Shown: piece by piece, positions 39,335 to 51,898 of the stretch
Layout: the number at the start of each line of letters is the position of its first letter
How positions within the stretch are numbered: position 1 is the first letter of the stretch
Assembly (NCBI RefSeq): GCF_963921235.1
Contig: NC_086108.1
Span: forward strand, 63,428,001 to 63,492,000
Source: Mobula hypostoma
Taxonomy: Eukaryota
Length of the DNA stretch: 64,000 nucleotides
Direction: 5' to 3'
The notes under the pieces: model-generated
What the model was told of the DNA's origin: nothing
Seen by the model: the letters and a program-made list of their open reading frames with translations, nothing else
Database searches by the model: none
Position numbers and translations under genes: made by a program

Positions 39335-42300
39335 TTACATTAAATGAAAATATCGAATAAAAGGTCCCCAAATCTGTTCAAATTTAAATGAAGAATCATA
39401 AAGGTTACTTCTAATTTTCTCCAAATTCAAACATAAAATCGTCTGAGAAAACCAAAAAAAGGTAGTTGGAGCATTAAGCTCTTTCCAATGTTGTAAAATA
39501 CATCTTTTTGCCATTAAAGTAAGAAATGCAATCATTCTACGGGCTGAAGGGGAAAGATTACTAGAAATTTTAGGTAGTCCAAAGATAGCAGTAATAGGGT
39601 GAGGAGAGATATCTATATTTAATACCTTAGAAATAATATTGAAAATATCTCTCCAAAAAGTTTCCAAAGCAGGGCAAGACCAAAACATATGAGTTAAAGA
39701 GGCTATCTGCCCCGAACATCTATCACAGAAAGGATTAATATGCGAGTAAAAACGCGCTAACTTATCTTTGGACATATGTGCTCTATGAACCACTTTAAAT
39801 TGAATTAGGGAATGTTTAGCACAAATAGAGGAAGTATTAACTAATTGTAAAATCTGCCCCCAATCATCCACAGAAATGGTAAGCCCCAATTCCTGTTCCC
39901 AATCTACCCTAATCTTATCAAATGGAGCTTTCCTAAGTTTCATAATAATATTATAAATCATAGCCGATGCACCTTTCTGACATGGATTAAGGTTAATTAT
40001 CGAATCTAAAATATATGTAGGAGGAAGCATTGGAAAGGAAGAAAGTATAGTACTTAGGAAATTTCTAACTTGTAAATATCTAAAAAAATGTATTCTTGAT
40101 AAGTTATATTTATTAGATAATTGTTCAAAAGACATAAGGGAACCATCTAAAAATAAATCCAAAAACCGTAAAATACCCTTAGTCTTCCAAGTTTGAAAAG
40201 CGCGATCCGTAAAAGAGGGAGGAAAAAATATGTTACCTAAAATAGGAATCGCTAACCCGAATTGATTAAGATCAAAAAATTTTCTGAATTGAAACCAAAT
40301 GCGCAAAGCATATTTAACTATCAGGTTAGAGACCTGCTTAAGACGTTTCGAATCAAAAGGGAGAGAGGAGCCTAAAATAGAACCCAGTGTATAACCCTGA
40401 ACCGATTGTAATTCCAATGCTACCCATTTAGGAATAGATAGTATGTCCTGGTCAAGTAACCAAAATTTCATATGTCGAATATTAATAGCCCAATAATAAA
40501 ATCTAAAGTTAGGTAATGCTAAACCTCCATCTCTCTTAGCTTTCTGTAAATGTATTTTACCCAGTCTCGGATTCTTATTCTGCCAAATAAATGAAGAAAT
40601 TTTAGAGTCGACTTTATCAAAAAAAGATTTAGGAACGAAAATTGGTAATGCCTGAAACACATATAAAAATTTTGGCAAAAAAAACATCTTAACTGCATTA
40701 ATACGACCAATCAAAGTTAAATATAAAGGAAACCATTTAGATGAAAGTTGAGTAATATGGTCTATTAATGGTAAAAAGTTAGTCTTAAATAAATCTTTGT
40801 ATTTACAAGTAATTTTAATCCCAAGATATGAAAAGTAATTATTAATCAATTTAAATGGAAATTTATAATATAAGGGAAGATGTTTATTAATCGGAAAAAG
40901 TTCACTCTTACTAAGATTTAATTTATAACCTTTAATCTTGTCCACAATTACCATCTCCTCCTGCTTCTGTTTCTTCCTCAAAGCAACGGAATACGAAATA
41001 ATCTGACCCCGAATATAGGCTTTAAAAGTGTCCCAAAGAGTGTTAACCGAAATATCTTCTGTATGGTTAATTGTAAAAAAAAGCTCAATCTGTTCATTCA
41101 TAAAATTAACAAAGTCCGAGTCCTGAAGCAACAGCGAATTAAAACGCCATTGTCTATTGTTTGGTATATTGGCCATAATTTTAATAGAAAGCTTAAGTGG
41201 AGCATGATCCGAAATGGTTATAGAATCATAATCACATTTAATCACTGAAGGAATGAGACGAGAATCAATGAAAAAATAATCAATTCTTGAATAGGAATGA
41301 TGAACATGTGAAAAGAAGGAAAAATCTTTTTCCTGAGGATGCAGAAAACGCCAAATGTCCGTCGACCCAGAATCAGAAAGGAAAAAATTAATCAAATTTG
41401 CAGATTTATTAGGTAAAGTCCGTAAAGGAGCCGAACGGTAATATTTACCCTTCTTGTTTTTTTTTTCACTGTTTTTAATGGAGGTCGGGATTGAGGACGT
41501 GATTTTAAGTTTAACTCTGTTTGGTTTCAAGTTAGCCCATTGCTTTGCTTTGCTTTTAGTTAGTTGCACGGTGGGTTTTTTTTTTGGGGTTTTTTTTTTC
41601 TTTTTTTCCATTGATATATATAAAATCTAGTATACTATTATGTTATCTTGGTTTCTTATGCTTAAATTACATTGTTTGTAGTATTTTCTTTTTGGTATTG
41701 TTATCTTTTGGAATTTTATTATACTTTAACATTGTATTAATGTTTATATGGCTTACCTTTTTTGTATACTTACTCAATAAAAAGATTTAAAAAGAAAGAA
41801 AGATTTAATTTATAACCTGAGAAAAGACCAAATTGTGCTAATAACTCTAAAACAGCAGGAATGGATCTCTCAGGATTAGAGATATATAAAAGTAAATCAT
41901 CAGCATAGAGTGATAATTTATGGGACTTTAATCCCCGAGTTATCCCAGTAATATTTGAAGATTCTCGAATAGCAATTGCAAGAGGTTCTAATGCAATATC
42001 AAATAATAGGGGACTAAGAGGACAGCCTTGTCGAGTACCACGAAAGAGAGGAAAAAAAGGTGAGTTTAAAGAGTTAGTGCGAACCGAGGCTACAGGGGAG
42101 TGATATAACAGTTTAATCCAGGATATAAATCTCAAGCTAAAATTAAACATTTCAAGCACCTTAAATAAATAAGGCCATTCTACTCTATCAAAAGCTTTCT
42201 CGGCATCTAAAGAAATAACACACTCAGGAACATTTTGTGAGGGAGTATAAACGATATTTAACAATGTACGAATATTATAAAAAGAGTAACGACCTTTAAT

Positions 42301-43998
42301 AAAACCCGTTTGGTCCTCCGAAATAATAGAAGGAAGTACTTTTTCTAGTCTATTTGCTAATAACTTAGAAAAAACTTTAGAATCAACATTTAATAAAGAT
42401 ATTGGTCTATAAGATGCACATTGAGCAGGGTCTTTATCCTTCTTTAGTATTAGAGAAATTGATGCTCTATTAAAAGATTCAGGAAGTTTACCAAGTTTCA
42501 AAGAAGCCTCAAAAACCCTACCGAGCCAAGGAATCAATAAAGAAGCAAAACATTTATAAAATTCAACGGTAAACCCATCAGGGCCAGGAGCTTTCCCCAG
42601 ATTCATAGAAAAAATAACATTCTTAATCTCACCCATTGTAATGGAAGTATCTAATAAGGAAGACATATCCTGTGAAATCTGAGGGAAGTCTAACTTATCT
42701 AAAAAATCATTCATATATTTAGAATCTCGAGGAGACTCTGATTGATATAAAGAAGAATAAAAATCACAAAAGGTTTGATTAATCCCCACATGATCCAGTA
42801 TCAATCGATCATTTTGGTTATAAATCTGATTGATTTGAGATTTAACATAATTAGATTTCAATTGATTAGCCAGCAGCTTGCCAATTTTGTCACTGTGAAC
42901 ATAAAAGTCACTTCTTGTTTTCTTTAATTGGTTTACAATCGAGGACGAGAGTAGTAAACTGTGTTCCATTTGAAGTTCAGTTCTTTGTTTATATAACTCC
43001 TCAGAAGGAGCCATAACATATTTCTTATCAATTTCTTTAATCTTGTCCACAATTACCATCTCCTCCTGCTTCTGTTTCTTCCTCAAAGCAACAGAATACG
43101 AAATAATCTGACCCCGAATATAGGCTTTAAAAGTGTCCCAAAGAGTGTTAACCGAAATATCTTCTGTATGGTTAATTGTAAAAAAAAGCTCAATCTGTTC
43201 ATTCATAAAATTAACAAAGTCCGAGTCCTGAAGCAACAGCGAATTAAAACGCCATTGTCTATTATTCGGTATATTGGCCATAATTTTAATAGAAAGCTCA
43301 AGTGGAGCATGATCCGAAATGGTTATAGAATCATAATCACATTTAATCACTGAAGGAATAAGACGAGAATCAATGAAAAAATAATCAATTCTTGAATAGG
43401 AATGATGAACATGTGAAAAGAAGGAAAAATCTTTTTCCTGAGGATGCAGAAAACGCCAAATGTCCGTCGACCCAGAATCAGAAAGGAAAAAATTAATCAG
43501 ATTTGCAGATTTATTAGGTAAAGTCCGTAAAGGAGCCGAACGGTCCGAAGCTGGAGACAAACAGGTATTAAGATCTCCGCCCCAGATCAATGAAAACTCG
43601 TTCAAATTCGGAAACTGATCAAACAATGATTTATAAAATTCCGGACAATCCATATTAGGAGCATAAACATTAACCAAAACTACTTTTTTATTAAATAGTA
43701 AACCACTAACCAATAAAAATCTACCATTCGGATCAGAAATAATATCCTGTTGTATAAAAGTAACTGAGGAATCTATAAAAATAGAGACGCCTCGAATCTT
43801 AGCATTGGAGTTCGAATGAAATTGTTGACCCTTCCAGAATTTGAAAAAACGTAGTCTGTCCCCCCTCCGTACATGGGTCTCTTGTAAAAATAAAATTTGT
43901 GCTTTAAGTCTCCGGAACACTTTAAAAACTTTTTTCCTTTTAATAGGATGATTAAGACCATTAGTATTCCAGGAGACAAAATTAATAATAGACTCCAT
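39335..43998 (-). pseudogene. L1 ORF2 (APE endonuclease, RT, CCHC knuckle), interrupted only by an 887-bp nested insertion
   Basis: SWNTNGL, LQETH, GDLN, SRID, SDH, QGCPLSP, YADD and CDRC..H....C motifs. Removing 887 bp leaves 3777 nt in frame (1258 aa). Confidence 0.92.
40932..41799. mobile_element. Nested 5'-inverted L1 copy of the same family
   Basis: TSD aagatttaatttataacct at 40913-40931 and 41800-41818. Minus-strand ORF2 piece at 40931-41439. Plus-strand 3' UTR and tail at 41438-41799. Confidence 0.9.
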
Positions 43999-44717
43999 AA
44001 ATCCTAAAGTCAACCCACAACAAGGAGGATTGACGATAGGCGCGACCCACAAACCCGGAGAGGAAACAGAACATACAAAAGATACCGGGAAAAAGGACGC
44101 AACCAGTACTTCAATAATGTATATAGCCCAAAGAGAAACAAACTAAAACGTGAAGCCCCTCCCACCACCCCCCACCCCAAGACCCCAGGGCAAAATCTAA
44201 AGCAGACCCGCCAGAAAGAAGCAAGCGCTAAAACTACCCCCGTGACTTCCGGTATACGCTCCCTAAAAAAAAAGGTATAAATATGAAAAAGGATCAGCTA
44301 ATTGTAAAACAGTAAAAAAGTAAAAAAAAGGTAGCTCAATTAAAATACACACAGAACAGAACAAAAGCCGGAAAATATATATTAAAAAAAAACCACAATA
44401 AACCTCAAACCCATGAATAGACACAGCAACAAGAAACAATAAGATTATTGACATAAAGTGGTTATAAAAAGCAAAACAGAATAAAATTTAAAAAAAACTA
44501 CAAAATTTAAGGCCACACAGGAAATACGTAAGATGACAAAAGGGAAGTAACCACCCAGAATCCCCTGGGAAAAGAAAGAAATGACGCAGTTAAAAAGAAA
44601 GTTTAGCAACCATATTAAGAAATCAAAAGTAAACTTTTCTGCCCAAATAGGGCACGAAAAAGTTAAAACCAACCAATTCACAGCCTCCGATCAACGGAGA
44701 TAATTAAAAAAAAGCAA

Positions 44718-45372
44718 TTAAGATGTTGAAGATGAAAGTTGATCCAGATAACTCTGGGCATCCGATGGAGAATCAAAAAAACGAAGGGCTCCATCTGACA
44801 TGCGAATCCTTAGACGTGCAGGGTACAGCAGCGCTGGTCTTAAATCCATCTTATAGAATTCCGACATCACGGATCTGTAACGAACCCGTTGGTCCCAGAT
44901 TGGTTTACTGAAATCTTCCACGAATCGGAACCTAAGATCCGAAAAATCAATGAAACCTTTAGATCGAGCGAATCGAAACAGTCTCTCCTTGTCTTGAAAA
45001 TAATGAAAACGTAAAATAACATGCCTAGGTCTATCTGACCTAGACGAATATGATGGGATTCTGTGAACATGATCCAGTAGCGGTGGTTGGTCAGGAAATA
45101 CAGTAGGGAATGCATCTTTTAAAAGTTGAGAAAAATATTTCATGGGATTGTTGGATTCCACGGCTTCCCTCACCCCTATCATTCGTAAATTCTGCCGTCG
45201 CATTCTAGATTCCAAGTCAGAGTTTTTAAAAGTCAAAAAGTCAAGTTTCTTCTTCATTACATTAATTGTTTCTTCGATTTTCCCCATCTTAAGCTCACTT
45301 TGTTGCGCGAATTTTTGAAGATCAGATATAGCCGACTGATGTTCCGCAATACATGTTTGCATCTTATCAATT
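44718..45372 (-). pseudogene. L1 ORF1 (Transposase_22-like), 5'-truncated
   Basis: Coiled coil followed by DLESRMRRQNLRMIGV, PRHVILRF and LLYPARL. Confidence 0.9.
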
Positions 45373-45555
45373 AAGTTGCTGTTCAACTTCCTATTGCATG
45401 ATGCTTGTATAATTTATTTCATAAAACATGAAAATATAATGACCCTTTACTAATAATTTAATGTAACAGAAATCAGACTTGTATCATTTGCCCTCAAATG
45501 CAATTAAATTTTATTGCAATTAAACAAGTTTAAATTGCAAATCTTATCATTCTAG

Positions 45556-45656
45556 CTCAAAGTAGTGAGGAATTGCAACGTGGGTTAACTAAAAAAGATG
45601 AAGATATGCGGGCAATGGAGGAAAGGTACAAAATGTACCTCGAGAAAGCTCGTAAT
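45556..45656 (+). CDS. HOOK1: HOOK1 internal exon (QSSEELQRGLTKKDEDMRAMEERYKMYLEKARN)
   Basis: tctag acceptor and gtgagt donor. Contains the hallmark KKDEDM.AMEERYKMYLEKARN. Confidence 0.96.
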
Positions 45657-47407
45657 GTGAGTGCACGTTTCAAGATTACTTGTGGATTCTGACTTGCCAG
45701 TTCTTCTGCATTTTTTTACATTGATGTTCCCCATTGCTTCTTTTTCACTTTAGTCTGAGAGTTGCCTGATGGTAAATATACATTTTAAAAAATGCCAGAC
45801 TGAATGGATCTGAGATGATATATGGAAAATAATTTCAGTAATTTATCTTACTGATAACTGATTTTTTCATAGTAAATAGTAGATCTTATAGGTGCTGGAG
45901 ACATTTTATTTTTGATTTTCATGTTACTTTTTCCAAGTTGAACATATCAATTTCTCTACTTTTTCCTCTCACTTCCTGCCTGATGTTGGGAAAAATACAC
46001 TTATTTTGTTGTTTATAATTAAAACACTCCAGACCAACTAGCCCATCAACTGTGCTTCATTAAATAGTTCCAATAAAACCATCCAAAATCTCAACTCCAT
46101 GTAACTTTAGTATTTGGCATTGAAAATAGAGCTTGTTAAGGTTTTGTGAAGAATACAACTTTCAAAAAGAGTTACTTATCTGATGGGACTGTTGTCTTCA
46201 ACTTCAGTTGTGGGAGCTAAGATTAAATAGAATATACACTAGATAATCATAAAATTAACTCTGTAGAGTCAGTTTTTTGTAAATAATAGTGGATTAAAAT
46301 AATTCTGGCTGTTTGTGCTTCAAGTCTTCTGCCAGGAGGACTATGAATTGAAACCCAGATATGAGTTGTGGCACTTTGCTACATGTTTATGTTATGCTAA
46401 ACATGTCCAGGATATGTGGGAACCGAACTGAAGAGACGGAGGAAGGGGCAGCTGGCTCATAAATCGAGAAAGTTTGTAGACAGTGTGAAAGGGAGGATAG
46501 GTAGGTGATAGAGAAAGGATGCACCCAGACTGATGGTTTGAGATGTGTCTATTTTAATGCAAGGAGTGTCATGAACAAAGCAAATGAGCCTTGAGCGTGG
46601 GTCAGAACTTGGAGCTATGATGTTGTGCCCATTACAGAGACTTGGGTGGCTCAGGGGCAGAATTGGCTACTTAGAGTGTCAGGCTTCAGATGTTTCAGAA
46701 AGGACAGGGAGGGAGGCAAAAGATGTGGGGGCATGGCACTGCTGATCAGAGATAGTGTCACGGCTGCAGAAAACGAGTAGGTCATGGAGGGATTGTCTAC
46801 TGCATCTCTTGTGAGTGGAAGTTAGAAACAGGAAGGTGTCAATAACATTACTGTGTGTTTATCTTAGTAGATCATCCAATAGTAACAGGGTCATCGAGGA
46901 GCAGATAGGGAGACAGAGTCTGGAACAGTGCAATAATAACAGGGTTGTCGTGATGGGAGATTTTAATTACTCTAGTATTGATTGGCTTCTCCCTGGAGCA
47001 AAGAGTTTAGATGGGGTGGAGTTTGTTAGGTGTGTTCAGGAAGGTTTCTGGACACAATATGTAGATAAACCTACAAGAAGAGAGGCTGTACTTGATCTGG
47101 TATTGTGAAATGAACCTGTTCAGGCGTCAGGTCTCTCAGTGGGAGAACATTTTGGAGATAGTGATCACAATTCTATCTCCTTTACCAGACCATTGAAGAT
47201 GGATAGAAGCAGACAAGTTAGGAAAACGATTAATTGGAGTAAGGGGAATATTAAGCTATCAGGCAGGAACTTGGAAGCATAAGTTGGGAACAGATGTTCT
47301 CAGGGAAATGTACCGCAGAAATGTGGCAAATGTTCAGGGGATATTTGCGTGGTATTCTACGTGGGTGCGTTCCAAGGAGACAGGGAAAGGAAGGTAGGGT
47401 ACCGGAA

Positions 47408-48698
47408 ACACACAAAAGATGCTGGTGAACGCAGCAGGCCAGGCAGCATTTCTAGGAAGAGGTACAGTCGACGTTTCAGGCCGAGACCCTTCGTCAGAAC
47501 TAACTGAAAGAAGAGCTAGTAAGAGATTTGAAAGTGGGAGGGGGAGGGGGAGATCTGAAATGATAGGAGAAGACTGGAGGGGGAGGGATGGAGCCAAGAG
47601 CTGGACAGTTGATTGGCAAAAGGGTGTGAGAGGATCATGGGACAGGAGGCCCAGGGAGAAAGAAAAGGGGGAGGGGGGGGAAGCCCAGAGGATGAGGGAC
47701 AGAGGGAGAAAAAGAAGAGAGAGAAAAAGAATGTGTGTATATAAGTAAATAAATAACAGATGGGGTACGAGGGGGAGGTGGGGCATTAGTGGAAGTTTGA
47801 GAAGTCAATGTTCATGCCATCAGGTTGGAAGCTACCCAGACGGAATATAAGGTGTTGTTCCTCCAACCTGAGTGTGGCTTCATCTTGACAGTAGAGGAGG
47901 CCGTGGATAGGCATATTAGAATGGGAATGGGATGTGCAATTAAAATGTGTGGCCCCTGGCAGATCCTGCTTTCTCTGGCGGACAGAGCGTAGGTCTTCAG
48001 CGAAACGGTCCCCCAGGCTGCGTCGGGTCTCGCCAATATATAGAAGGCCATATCGGACGCAGTATATCACCCCAGCCGACTCACAGGTGAAGTTTCACCT
48101 CACCTGGAAGGTCTGTCTGGGGCCCTGAATGGTGGTAAAGGAGGAAGTGTAAGGGCATGTGTAGCACTTGTTCCGCTTACAAGGATAAGTGCCAGGAGGG
48201 AGATCAGTGGGGAAGGATGGGGGGTACGAATGGACAAGGGAGTCGCGTAGGGAGCTATCCCTGCGGAAAGCAGAAAGTGGGGGGGGGAGGGAGAAATGTG
48301 CTGAGTGGTGGGATCCCGTTGGAGGTGGCAGAAGTTACGGAGAATTATATGTTGGACCCGGAGACTAGTGGGGTGGTAGGTGAGGACAAGGGGAACCCTA
48401 TTCCTAGTGGGGTGGCAGGAGGATGGAGTGAGAACAGATGTGCGTGAAATGGGGGAGATGCATTTGAGAGCAGAGTTGATGGTGGAGGAAAGAAAGCCCC
48501 TTTCTTTAAAAAAGGAGGACATCTCCTTCGTCCTGGAATGAAAAGCCTCATCCTGAGAGCAGATGCGGTGGAGATGGATGAATTGCAAGAAGGGGATGGC
48601 ATTTTTGCAAGAGACAGGGTGAGAAAAGGAATAGTCCAGATAGCTGTGAGAGTCAGTAGGCTTACAGTAGACATCAGTAGATAAGCTGTCTCCAGAGA
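47408..48698 (-). mobile_element. Penelope-like element (RT C-terminus, GIY-YIG endonuclease, 3' repeat)
   Basis: IYCVRYGLLYIGETRRSLGDRFAE and STDVYCKPTDSHSYL peptides. TSD-like tac(c/a)ggaa on both sides. Confidence 0.92.
47466..47501 (-). ncRNA. Minimal hammerhead ribozyme, core intact
   Basis: Reverse complement reads agtt-CTGACGA-agg gtctcgg cct-GAAA-CG-TC-gact. Confidence 0.8.
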
Positions 48699-51304
48699 TA
48701 CAGGAACCATGGGCTGTTGAGAATCTAGTCAAGAAGAAAAGAAAAGCTTATGAAAGTTTCAAAAAACTAGGTAATGATAGAGATCTAGAAAATTCATAAG
48801 GCAAGCAGGAAGGAGCTTAAGAATGAAATTAGGACAGCCAGAAGGGGCCAATGGAGACCTTGGCGAGCAGGATTAGGGAAATCACCAAGGCATTCTATAA
48901 GTATGTGAAGAGCAAGAGGATAAGGTGTGAGAGAATAGGACCAATCAAGTGTGACAGTGGAAAAGTGTGTAACGAACCGGAATAGATAGCGGAGGAATTT
49001 AATGAATACTTTGCTTCAGTATTCATTACAGAAAAGGATCTTGGCGATTGTAGGGACGACTTACAGGAGACTGAAAAGCTCGAGCTTATAGACATTAAGA
49101 AAGAGGATGTGCTGGAGCTTTTGGAAAGCATCAAGTTGGATAAGTCACTGGGACCAGAGGAGATATACCCCAGGCTACTGGGGGAGGCAAGGGAGGAGAT
49201 TGCTGAGCCTCTGGCAATGATCTTTGCATCATCAATAGGGACAGGAGAGGTTCCTGAGGATTGGAGGGTTGCAGATGTTGTTCCCTTATTCAAGAAAGGG
49301 AATAGAGATAGTCCAGGAAATTATAGACCAGTGAGTCTTACTTCAGTGGTTAGTAAGTTGATGGAGAAGATCTTGAGAGGCAGGATTTATGAATATTTGG
49401 AGAGGCATAATATGATTAGGAATAGTCAGCATGGCTTTGTCAAGGGCAGGTCATGCCTTACGAGCCTGATTGATTTTTTTGAGGATGTGACTAAACGCAT
49501 TAAAGAAGGTAGAGCAGTAGATGTAGTGTATATGGATTTCAGCAAAGCATTTGGTAAGGTACCTTATGCAAGGCTTATTGAGAAAGTAAGAAGGCATGGG
49601 ATCCAGGGGGACATTGCTTTGTGGCTCCAGAACTGGCTTGCCCACAGAAGGCAAAGAGTGGTTGTAGACAGGTCATATTCTGCATGGAGGTCGGTCACCA
49701 GTGGTGTGCCTCAGGGATCTGTTCCGGGACCCCTTCTCTTCGTGATTTTTATAAATGACTTGGATGAGGAATTGGAGAGATGGGTTAGTAAATTTGCTGA
49801 TGACACAAAGGTTGGGGGTGTTATGGATAGTGTGGAGGGCTGTCAGAGGTTACAGCGGGATATCGATAGGATACAAAACCTGGCTGAGCAGTGGCAGATG
49901 GAGCTCAATCCAGAAAAGTGTGAGATAATTCATTTTGGTAGGTCAAATATGATGGCAGAATATCGTATTAATGGTAAGACTCTTGGCAGTGTGGAGGATC
50001 GGAGGGATCTTGGGGTCCGAGTCCATAGGACACTTGAAGCTGCTGCGCTGGTTGAATGTGTGGTTAAGAAAGCATGTGGTGCATTGGCCTTCATCAATCG
50101 TGGGATTGAGTTCAAGAGCCGAGAGGTAATGTTACAGCTATATGGGACCCTATTCAGACCCCACTTGGAGAACTGTGCTCAGTTGTGGTCACCTCACTAC
50201 AGGAAGGATGTGGAAACTATAGAAAGGATGCAGAGGAGATCTACAAGAATGTTGTCTGGATTGGGGAGCATGCCTTATGAGGATAGGTTGAGTGAACTTG
50301 GCCATTTCTCCTTAAACTGACGGAGGATGAGAGTTGACCTGATAGAGGTGTATAAGATGATGAGAGGCATTGATCATGTGTATCGTCAGAGGCTTTTTCC
50401 CAGGGCTAAAATGGGTAACATGAGAGGGCACAGTTGTAAGGTACTTGGAAGTTTGTACAGAGGAGATGTCACGTGTAAGTTTTGTTACGTGGAGAGTGGT
50501 GAGAGCGTGGAATGGGCTGCTGGTGACAGTGGTGTAGGCGGATACAATAGGGTCTCTTAAGAGACTGCTGGATAGGTACATGGAATTAGAAAAATAGAGG
50601 GCTATGGGTAACCCTAGGTAATTTCAAAAGTAACTACACGTTCGACACAACATTGTGGGCCGAAGGGCCTGTATTGTGCTGTCGGTTTTCTATGTTTCCA
50701 TATCAAAATGTCCAAAGACATTGCTGAGTACATATTTGGGCTATGGCCTTCAGCTGCCTCTAAGTTTTCTAAGTATATTTCTCAGCTCCTCTGCAAATGA
50801 ATCATTGGACAAAGTATTGTTTTTCTACCGTAGAAGAGAAGAAGTAATGATTGCCACCCCTCACTCATCCAACTGGGTTAAACATCTGGACTCTCATCTT
50901 TAGCAGCAGATGGGCACTGTAAATGAGTCCACGATGGTATAGACTTCTATTGCCATGACTAAAATGAATTAGTAACCCCTAACTGTATGGACTTTGTCAT
51001 GGACAATTGCAGGAATTAGTTGTATAGCAGGCCCTTGGATAACAACAGAGTAAGTCTGAATGAAGTCTGGAATAATCTTTAATTTGAAAGATGAAGAACA
51101 TTAGAAGCCATAGTGATATTTTGGGATGAATATATTCTACTTTATGGAAAGAGTAGATATCTGTCACAGTGCAATTTCCTAAGCTGTCTCTGGGGGCTGA
51201 GAGCCTTTTCTACCAACAGTAAGCATCAGAAAATGCTACATTGTCTCTTCATTTTTAAAAAATATATATTTAGGACAAAGTTCATCAGCAGATTCTTGCT
51301 GAAA

Positions 51305-51511
51305 AATTGCTGTTGAACGCAACAGGCCAGGCAGCGTCTATAGGAAGAGGTACAGTTGACGTTTCGGGCTGGGACCCTTTGTCAGGACTAATGAAAGAAG
51401 AGATAGCAAGAGGATTTCTTACTAGCTCTTAGTATAGTAATCTCTCACTACTTCTTCCTTTCAGTTAGTCCTGACAAAGGGTCCCAGCCCGAAAAGTCGA
51501 CTGTACCTCTT
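51305..51511. repeat. PLE-derived inverted-repeat (hairpin) element
   Basis: Arms at about 51346-51410 and 51444-51511. The hammerhead core is mutated (ctgacaa) in both arms. Confidence 0.8.
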
Positions 51512-51829
51512 ACTCTTGGTTTTTGCCATTTTTTATGTTCCAGGTTAGCAAGGAAATTCAGCAAGACTTTGGGGGTAATATTCCCATCGAGCAATTTTAA
51601 TTGTGGAACAATCTGAGATATTTATTGTTGCCTTTACTGATTTTACAATTTAATGTCATAGTAAATGCAATATTCTCCCATCAAAATAGATTAACATGTA
51701 TAATGTGTAGAAAATAACTGTACATTTCCATCTGCAGAGCTCCAACTTTGAAATACATTATTTGTACATTGGAAATACACTATCTTTCAAAGAAAACTTG
51801 AGTACTTTCTCTTTCTGTGTTTATACTAG

Positions 51830-51898
51830 CATGATTGTGAGCAAGCAAAACTTCGTGAGCATGAGGAGAACCTGTTAGTAACAGCTTGGTACAATAAG
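51830..51898 (+). CDS. HOOK1: HOOK1 penultimate exon (HDCEQAKLREHEENLLVTAWYNK)
   Basis: tag acceptor and gtaaat donor, 69 bp. Resembles SECKVAKFRDYEEKLIVSAWYNK. Confidence 0.95.

Larger units (their letters stand above)
38962..45372 (-). mobile_element. Young L1-clade LINE, 5'-truncated in ORF1, (AAAG)n tail, 20-bp TSD
   Basis: TSD aagttgctgttcaacttcct at 38942-38961 and 45373-45392. ORF1, ORF2, a 3' UTR with AATAAA and the tail are all present. Confidence 0.95.
46415..50700 (+). mobile_element. Long CR1 LINE (EN to tail; RT frame open 49109-50320) split by a PLE
   Basis: EN remnants at 46540-47170. 403-aa RT ORF with FADD. Tail ttctatgtttc. Confidence 0.92.

Noticed and set aside
39335..41611. 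758-aa ORF as a novel gene
   Set aside because: It is a chance in-frame chimera of antisense L1 3' UTR, a duplicated EN piece and the ORF2 C-terminus, created by the nested insertion. It lacks the RT core.
46015..46041. IIKTLQ resembling VIKTLD of the missing exon
   Set aside because: There is no AG acceptor and an in-frame stop follows after eight codons.
51544..51600. Candidate for the missing HOOK1 exon after a good acceptor
   Set aside because: It translates VSKEIQQDFGGNIPIEQF-stop, with no similarity to the expected peptide.
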